DNA of 22,486 nucleotides from a virus: UHGV virus genome UHGV-0255042; one strand, 5' to 3'. Shown piece by piece: positions 17,620 to 22,486 of this stretch (position 1 is its first letter; each line of letters starts with the position of its first letter). The notes under the pieces were generated by a model. It saw only the letters and a program-made list of their open reading frames with translations, ran no database searches and was not told where the DNA came from. The position numbers and the translations under genes were made by a program.

Positions 17620-17835
17620 ATGACGCTTGAGCGAATCAGCGCCTTTATCACGTACTGCATCGCCGTTGTGCTGGCCTGGCTGGGCGATTTGTCCATCAAG
17701 GATGCCTCAACGCTGGGCGGCCTGATGATTGGTGTGCTGATGCTGGCTATCAACTGGTACTACAAACACAAAGCCTACCAGCTTCTGCGCGACGGGCAGA
17801 TCTCGCGGGAGGACTATGAATCCATCAATCGTTAA
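17620..17835 (+). CDS. Holin (small two-TM membrane protein)
   Basis: 71 aa with two hydrophobic segments and a charged C-terminus, immediately upstream of and overlapping the endolysin. Confidence 0.7.
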   Translation: MTLERISAFITYCIAVVLAWLGDLSIKDASTLGGLMIGVLMLAINWYYKHKAYQLLRDGQISREDYESINR

Positions 17836-18328
17836 ACGCTGCCTTGTCGGGACCGTGCTGGCTATTGCTGCCACGCTGCCGGGTTTTCAGCAGCTTCACA
17901 CCTCCGTGGAGGGGCTGAAACTGATTGCTGATTACGAAGGCTGTCGTCTGCAGCCGTATCAGTGCAGTGCGGGTGTCTGGACCGACGGCATTGGTAATAC
18001 ATCGGGCGTCATCCCGGGCAAAACCATTACGGAACGACAGGCAGCGGAAGGGCTGATCTCCAACGTGCTACGTGTGGAGCGGGCGCTGGAAAGGTGTGTG
18101 AAGCAACAGCCGCCGCAGAAGGTATATGACGCTACGGTGTCGTTTGCCTTCAACGTGGGAACGGGCAGTGCCTGCAGTTCCACACTGGTGAAATTACTCA
18201 ATCAGCGGCGCTGGGAGGATGCATGCCGACAGTTGCCGCGCTGGGTTTATGTAAAAGGTGTGTTTAATCAGGGGCTGGATAACCGCCGTGCGCGGGAGAT
18301 GGCCTGGTGCTTACAGGGAGCAAACTGA
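17816..18328 (+). CDS. Endolysin, lysozyme family with N-terminal SAR-like signal-anchor
   Basis: 170 aa. Hydrophobic N-terminus CLVGTVLAIAATLPGF, then lysozyme-like core YEGCRLQPYQCSAGVWTDGIGNT. Confidence 0.85.
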   Translation: MNPSIVKRCLVGTVLAIAATLPGFQQLHTSVEGLKLIADYEGCRLQPYQCSAGVWTDGIGNTSGVIPGKTITERQAAEGLISNVLRVERALERCVKQQPPQKVYDATVSFAFNVGTGSACSSTLVKLLNQRRWEDACRQLPRWVYVKGVFNQGLDNRRAREMAWCLQGAN

Positions 18329-18329
18329 A

Positions 18330-18707
18330 ATGAAAAAGAAATTAATCAGCGGGCTGTTTCTGATGTTATGGATGGCGCTGTTAATCGAAGCAATGGTGTA
18401 TCCGCAGGGGATTTTTCCGGTACTGTCAGCGTCCGGCGTTTGGGTAGCCTGTTTGCTGACATGGGCGGTAATTCCGGTAGCACTGGCTGCGTTAATTAAG
18501 AATGGCCCGCTCTGGCAGGAGTTGAGGGCATCTTTGCTGAAGACAATTACCCGAAAAGAAAACGTATTTATCAGCTGGGTGATGCGATTGCTGATTGTCG
18601 TAAGTCTCGCCTGGACGGGGTGGGTTATTACCCTGGTCTTTTATCTGCTGACCGTTATTGCCTTCTGGATGACCCGTAATCAGATGGCGCAACAGGTATC
18701 AGCATGA
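18330..18707 (+). CDS. lysA: LysA-like multi-TM lysis-accessory membrane protein
   Basis: 125 aa from the ATG at 18330 (SD GGGAG); several hydrophobic helices; between endolysin and spanin. Confidence 0.6.
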   Translation: MKKKLISGLFLMLWMALLIEAMVYPQGIFPVLSASGVWVACLLTWAVIPVALAALIKNGPLWQELRASLLKTITRKENVFISWVMRLLIVVSLAWTGWVITLVFYLLTVIAFWMTRNQMAQQVSA

Positions 18708-19132
18708 ACCGGTTGCTGCTGGTTGTGCTGGCGTTATTACTGGCGGCGCTGGGCTGGCAGACGTGGCGGCTGGCTGATGCCAGCCAGACCATCAGCACGC
18801 AGGCAGACGAGCTGCAGAGCAAAAGCCAGGCACTGGCAAAGAGCAACAGCCAGCTTATCAGCCTGTCCATTCTGACTGAAACCAATAACCGGGAGCAGGC
18901 GCGGCTCTATGCCGAAGCAGAACAGACCAGCGCGCTGCTGAGACAACGACAACACCGGATCGAGGAACTGAAACGTGAGAACGAGGATTTACGCCGCTGG
19001 GCTGATACTCCTTTGCCTGCTGACATTATCCGGCTGCGGGAACGTCCGGCACTCACCGGAGGTACGGCTTACCGTCAGTGGTTGTCCGCGAGTGACGCCG
19101 TGTCGGCTGGATCAGGCAACGCCGCGCACTAA
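18704..19132 (+). CDS. lysB: LysB, Rz-like inner-membrane spanin
   Basis: 142 aa, N-terminal TM then coiled-coil; ATGA overlap with lysA. Confidence 0.7.
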   Translation: MNRLLLVVLALLLAALGWQTWRLADASQTISTQADELQSKSQALAKSNSQLISLSILTETNNREQARLYAEAEQTSALLRQRQHRIEELKRENEDLRRWADTPLPADIIRLRERPALTGGTAYRQWLSASDAVSAGSGNAAH

Positions 19133-19265
19133 TGGTGATCTGAACGCGTTGCTGGATGAAACGGAGGCTGCCTGGGCGGTCTGTGCAGACAAAGTGGACA
19201 TGATTATTGCGTGTCAGGAGCGAAACAGTGAACAAACCACAATCCCTGCGCCACGCCCTCAATAA
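18975..19265 (+). CDS. lysC: LysC, Rz1-like outer-membrane lipoprotein spanin, in an alternative frame overlapping lysB and the start of R
   Basis: 96 aa from a GTG. Lipobox LLTLSGCG after a signal-like segment; Pro-rich C-terminus. Confidence 0.55.
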   Translation: MRTRIYAAGLILLCLLTLSGCGNVRHSPEVRLTVSGCPRVTPCRLDQATPRTNGDLNALLDETEAAWAVCADKVDMIIACQERNSEQTTIPAPRPQ

Positions 19266-19659
19266 AGCGGTGCCTTATGTCCGCAATAACCCGGACAAAC
19301 TGCATCTGTTTGTGGATAACGGTTCGCTGGTTGCCACGGGGGCCAGCTCCATGTCGTGGGAGTACCGTTACACCCTGAACGCGGTGATTGAGGATTTCAG
19401 CGGCGACCAGAATCTGCTGATGGCCCCGGTTTTGCTGTGGCTGAGGGATAACCAGCCCGATGCCATCAATAACCCGGCGTTACGGGAAAAACTATTCACC
19501 TTTGAGGTGGATATTCTGCGCAACGATGTCTGTGATATCAGCCTGAACCTGCAACTGACGGAGCGTGTGCTGGTCAGCACTGACGGCAGTGTGTCGAGTG
19601 TTGAAGCTGTAGCGGAACCTGATGAACCTGAAGAAATGTGGACGGTGAAACGTGGCTGA
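19228..19659 (+). CDS. R: Tail completion protein R (P2 gpR-like)
   Basis: GTG start with SD AGGAG 7 nt upstream. NKPQSLRHAL ... LHLFVDNGSLVA ... LLWLRDNQPD resembles P2 R as I recall it. Confidence 0.8.
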   Translation: MNKPQSLRHALNKAVPYVRNNPDKLHLFVDNGSLVATGASSMSWEYRYTLNAVIEDFSGDQNLLMAPVLLWLRDNQPDAINNPALREKLFTFEVDILRNDVCDISLNLQLTERVLVSTDGSVSSVEAVAEPDEPEEMWTVKRG

Positions 19660-20098
19660 ACTGCAGAAAGTGGACGACTGGCTGAGTGCCTTGCTGGCGA
19701 ATCTGGAGCCAGCCGCCAGAAGCCGCATGATGCGCCAGCTGGCGCAGGAACTGCGCCGGACACAGCAGCAGAACATCAAGATGCAGCGCAACCCTGACGG
19801 CAGCAGCTATGAACCGCGACGGGTAACAGCACGCAGTAAAAAAGGCCGCATCAAACGGCAGATGTTTACAAAACTTCGCACCACAAAATACCTGAAAACT
19901 GCCGCCAGCGCCGACTCTGCCAGCGCACAGTTTGAAGGCAAGGTGCAGCGTATTGCCCGTGTTCACCATTACGGCCTGCGTGATCGCGTCAGTCGCAAAG
20001 GACCGGAGGTCCGTTACGCAGAGCGCCGCCTGCTGGGTGTAAATGATGATGTTGAGGCAATGACCCGCGACATGATTCTGCAATGGCTGGCGGGGTGA
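19652..20098 (+). CDS. S: Tail completion protein S (P2 gpS-like)
   Basis: 148 aa (P2 S is ~150 as I recall); GTG start overlapping the R stop. Confidence 0.8.
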   Translation: MAELQKVDDWLSALLANLEPAARSRMMRQLAQELRRTQQQNIKMQRNPDGSSYEPRRVTARSKKGRIKRQMFTKLRTTKYLKTAASADSASAQFEGKVQRIARVHHYGLRDRVSRKGPEVRYAERRLLGVNDDVEAMTRDMILQWLAG

Positions 20099-20102
20099 TC
20101 TT

Positions 20103-20120
20103 TGTATCAGCACTGATACA
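20103..20120. promoter_or_regulatory. Late-promoter activator site TGT-N12-ACA upstream of V (perfect dyad TGTATCAGCACTGATACA)
   Basis: Perfect inverted repeat in the S-V intergenic region. Confidence 0.5.
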
Positions 20121-20166
20121 AGTTGCAGCACTGCCGCCTTTCTTCCCCTGATGGCAACCTTTCCCT

Positions 20167-20745
20167 ATGAACGCACAATTAACCGAAATCATGCGCCTTA
20201 TCACCAACCTGATCCGCACAGGGGTAGTCACCGAAGTGGACAGGGAAAACTGGCTTTGCCGGGTGAAAACGGGCGAGCTTGAAACCAACTGGATCAGCTG
20301 GCTGACGCTGCGTGCCGGGAATGCCCGCACATGGTGGCGACCATCAGAAGGTGAGCAGGTGGTGCTGCTGAGTCTGGGCGGCAATCTGGAAACCGCCTTT
20401 GCGTTACCCGCCATCTATTCGAATCAGTTCGCGCCACCGTCGACGTCGGCGGACGCCTGCGTGACAGAACATCCTGACGGTGGCTGGTTTGAATACGAAC
20501 CAGCCACCGGGCGCTGGTATGTCAGGGGCATCAAATCAATGGTCATTGAGGCCGCCGACAATATCACCCTGAAAACCAGTGAGTTTGTGCTGGAGGCTGA
20601 CCGCACGCGTATTAACAGCGAAGTGGTGATCAATGGTGGCGTTACCCAGGGCGGCGGAGCGATGAGTTCTAACGGGATCGTGGTTGATGCGCATCAGCAT
20701 ACTGGCGTTCTGAAAGGCGGCGACACAACCGGAGGCCCGGTATGA
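20167..20745 (+). CDS. V: Baseplate spike protein V (P2 gpV-like)
   Basis: 192 aa, Gly-rich C-terminus; first gene after the second late-promoter site. Confidence 0.85.
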   Translation: MNAQLTEIMRLITNLIRTGVVTEVDRENWLCRVKTGELETNWISWLTLRAGNARTWWRPSEGEQVVLLSLGGNLETAFALPAIYSNQFAPPSTSADACVTEHPDGGWFEYEPATGRWYVRGIKSMVIEAADNITLKTSEFVLEADRTRINSEVVINGGVTQGGGAMSSNGIVVDAHQHTGVLKGGDTTGGPV

Positions 20746-21101
20746 CGCTTTATAGCGGGATGAACAATACCAGCGGCAAAGCCATTACTGATATTGACCA
20801 TCTGCGCCAGTCGGTGCGGGACATTCTGCTGACGCCGCAGGGTAGCCGCATTGCTCGCCGTGAATATGGTTCCCTGCTGTCAGCACTGATAGACCAGCCA
20901 CAAAATCCGGCGTTACGCCTGCAGGTCATGTCGGCAGTGTATGTGGCGCTGAGTCGCTGGGAGCCACGGCTGACGCTGGATTCCATCACCATCAACAGCC
21001 ATTTTGACGGTTCAATGGTGGTGGAGCTGAGCGGGCGGCGTAATAACGGTGTGCCTGTTTCCCTTTCCGTATCAACAGGAGCAGAGAATGGCAGTGATTG
21101 A
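20742..21101 (+). CDS. W: Baseplate protein W (gp25/GPW family)
   Basis: 119 aa; ATGA overlap with V. Confidence 0.85.
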   Translation: MTLYSGMNNTSGKAITDIDHLRQSVRDILLTPQGSRIARREYGSLLSALIDQPQNPALRLQVMSAVYVALSRWEPRLTLDSITINSHFDGSMVVELSGRRNNGVPVSLSVSTGAENGSD

Positions 21102-21996
21102 CCTTTCGCAGTTGCCTGCGCCGCAGATTGTGGATGTGCCGGACTTTGAGACGCTGCTTGCCGAACGCAAGGCAGAATTTGTGGCGCTTCATCCGAAAGA
21201 TGAGCAGGAAGCAGTGATCCGCACGCTGGAACTGGAATCTGAACCCGTTACCAAATTGTTGCAGGAGAACGCTTATCGTGAGTTGCTTCTGCGTCAGCGC
21301 ATTAACGAAGCCGCGCAGGCGGTGATGGTGGCTTATGCCATAGGGAGCGATCTGGACCAGCTTGCTGCCAATTACAACGTGAAACGCCTGACGGTGACAC
21401 CTGCTGATAATGACGCTGTGCCGCCCGTTGCGGCTGTGATGGAAAGTGATGAAGCGTTACGCCTGCGTGTGCCTGCCGCCTTTGAAGGGCTTTCAGTTGC
21501 GGGGCCAACTGCAGCTTATGAGTTTCATGCACGAAGCGCCGACGGTCGGGTGGCGGATGCCAGTGCAACCAGCCCGGCACCTGCAGAGGTGGTGCTGACT
21601 GTCCTTAGCCGCGAAGGGGACGGAACAGCAGAAAAAGACCTGCTGGATTTGGTGGAGAAAGCCCTGAACAGTGAGAACGTCCGCCCGGTGGCTGACCGTC
21701 TGACGGTTCGCAGCGCAGAAATCATCCCGTACCGCGTGGAGGCCACCATTTTTCTCTACCCGGGGCCGGAAGCAGAGCCGGTAATGGCAGCGGCAAAAGT
21801 CAGTCTGCAGAGGTACATCGCCAGTCAGACGCGGCTCGGTCGGGATATTCGCCGTAGTGCTATTTTTGCCGCGCTGCATGTTGAGGGTGTTCAACGTGTG
21901 GAACTGGCTTCTCCGCTGGCGGATGTGGTTCTGAACAAAACGCAGGCGGCATCATGTACGCAGTGGAGCGTGACCAACGGAGGAACGGATGAATAG
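21088..21996 (+). CDS. J: Baseplate protein J (P2 gpJ-like)
   Basis: 302 aa from the ATG at 21088 (SD AGGAG), the same length as P2 J as I recall it. Confidence 0.85.
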   Translation: MAVIDLSQLPAPQIVDVPDFETLLAERKAEFVALHPKDEQEAVIRTLELESEPVTKLLQENAYRELLLRQRINEAAQAVMVAYAIGSDLDQLAANYNVKRLTVTPADNDAVPPVAAVMESDEALRLRVPAAFEGLSVAGPTAAYEFHARSADGRVADASATSPAPAEVVLTVLSREGDGTAEKDLLDLVEKALNSENVRPVADRLTVRSAEIIPYRVEATIFLYPGPEAEPVMAAAKVSLQRYIASQTRLGRDIRRSAIFAALHVEGVQRVELASPLADVVLNKTQAASCTQWSVTNGGTDE

Positions 21997-22486
21997 TCTG
22001 ATGCCACCGGGTTCAACTTCACTGGAGCGACGACTGGCGCAAACCTGCAGCGGGATTTCTGATCTGCAGGTGCCGCTGCGTGACTTGTGGAATCCGGCAA
22101 CCTGTCCGGTCAGTTTCCTGCCTTATCTCGCCTGGGCGTTCTCTGTGGATCGCTGGGACGAGGGCTGGACAGAAAGCGTCAAGCGCCAGGTGGTGAAGGA
22201 TGCTTTTTATATTCATCAGCATAAAGGGACCACCAGTGCCGTGCGGCGGGTGGTGGAGCCGTTCGGCTTTCTGATCCGCATTATTGAGTGGTGGCAGACC
22301 GGAGAGGCACCGGGCACGTTTCGCCTGGATATCGGCGTGCAGGATCAGGGCATCACTGAAGATACCTATCTGGAACTTGAGCGACTGATAAGCGATGCCA
22401 AACCATGTAGCCGCCACATGATCGGCATGTCCATCAATCTGCAGACCAGCGGCCCGCATTGGGTGGGAGCCGCCAGCTATCTTGGC
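21989..22486 (+). CDS. I: Baseplate/tail protein I (P2 gpI-like), 3'-truncated by the window end
   Basis: ATG at 21989 overlapping the J stop; open to the window edge (166 codons, no stop). Confidence 0.75.
   Translation, partial: MNSLMPPGSTSLERRLAQTCSGISDLQVPLRDLWNPATCPVSFLPYLAWAFSVDRWDEGWTESVKRQVVKDAFYIHQHKGTTSAVRRVVEPFGFLIRIIEWWQTGEAPGTFRLDIGVQDQGITEDTYLELERLISDAKPCSRHMIGMSINLQTSGPHWVGAASYLG

Larger units (their letters stand above)
84..22486. mobile_element. P2-family (186-like) prophage, left arm: integration/immunity, early replication operon, cargo region, head, lysis and baseplate genes; extends past the right window edge; left boundary not resolved
   Basis: Colinear P2 gene order int-repressor-early operon-A-[cargo]-Q-P-O-N-M-L-X-holin-lysin-lysA/B/C-R-S-V-W-J-I, with product sizes close to the P2 proteins as I recall them, a tyrosine integrase, and TGT-N12-ACA late-promoter sites. 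Confidence 0.85.

Noticed and set aside
19368-20131. - strand ORFs of 131, 99 and 185 aa overlapping R and S
   Set aside because: Antisense to conserved tail genes; composition artefact.
22019-22459. 146-aa - strand ORF overlapping gene I
   Set aside because: Antisense to the I reading frame, which continues the conserved P2 gene order.
1-22486. Scan for CRISPR arrays, tRNA or rRNA genes and insertion-sequence inverted repeats
   Set aside because: No regularly spaced repeats, no tRNA-like cloverleaf near the junction, and no transposase-like ORF found.

Overview
The window reads as the left ~22 kb of an integrated P2-family temperate prophage with a 186-type lysis-lysogeny switch. All calls are from reading the sequence and the supplied ORF translations; no searches or computations were run. 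Gene order (1-based, + strand): a possible host-gene 3' end and unresolved attL junction (1-201); an AT-rich Panacea/DUF4065 gene (202-669, -); integrase (835-1854, -); a small secreted protein (2043-2234, -); CI repressor (2250-2819, -); a divergent rightward early operon with Apl/Cox-like, CII-like, several small hypotheticals, a TraR/DksA zinc-finger protein, a Dam methyltransferase and replication protein A (2945-8264, +); a LexA-box-controlled module with a DinI-family protein (8359-8850); a candidate cos (about 9055); an AT-rich cargo gene for a TIR/SEFIR-like protein (9152-10585, +); then the late genes Q, an extra terminase-ATPase-like gene, P (all -), and O N M L X, holin, endolysin, lysA/B/C, R S V W J I (+, I truncated at the window end). 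Two late promoters carry TGT-N12-ACA activator sites. The two best candidates for something new are the TIR/SEFIR-like fusion protein in the A-to-Q cargo position and the truncated, apparently degenerate terminase-ATPase paralog translationally coupled between P and Q. Novelty of either cannot be established without database searches. No tRNA, rRNA or CRISPR array was seen.
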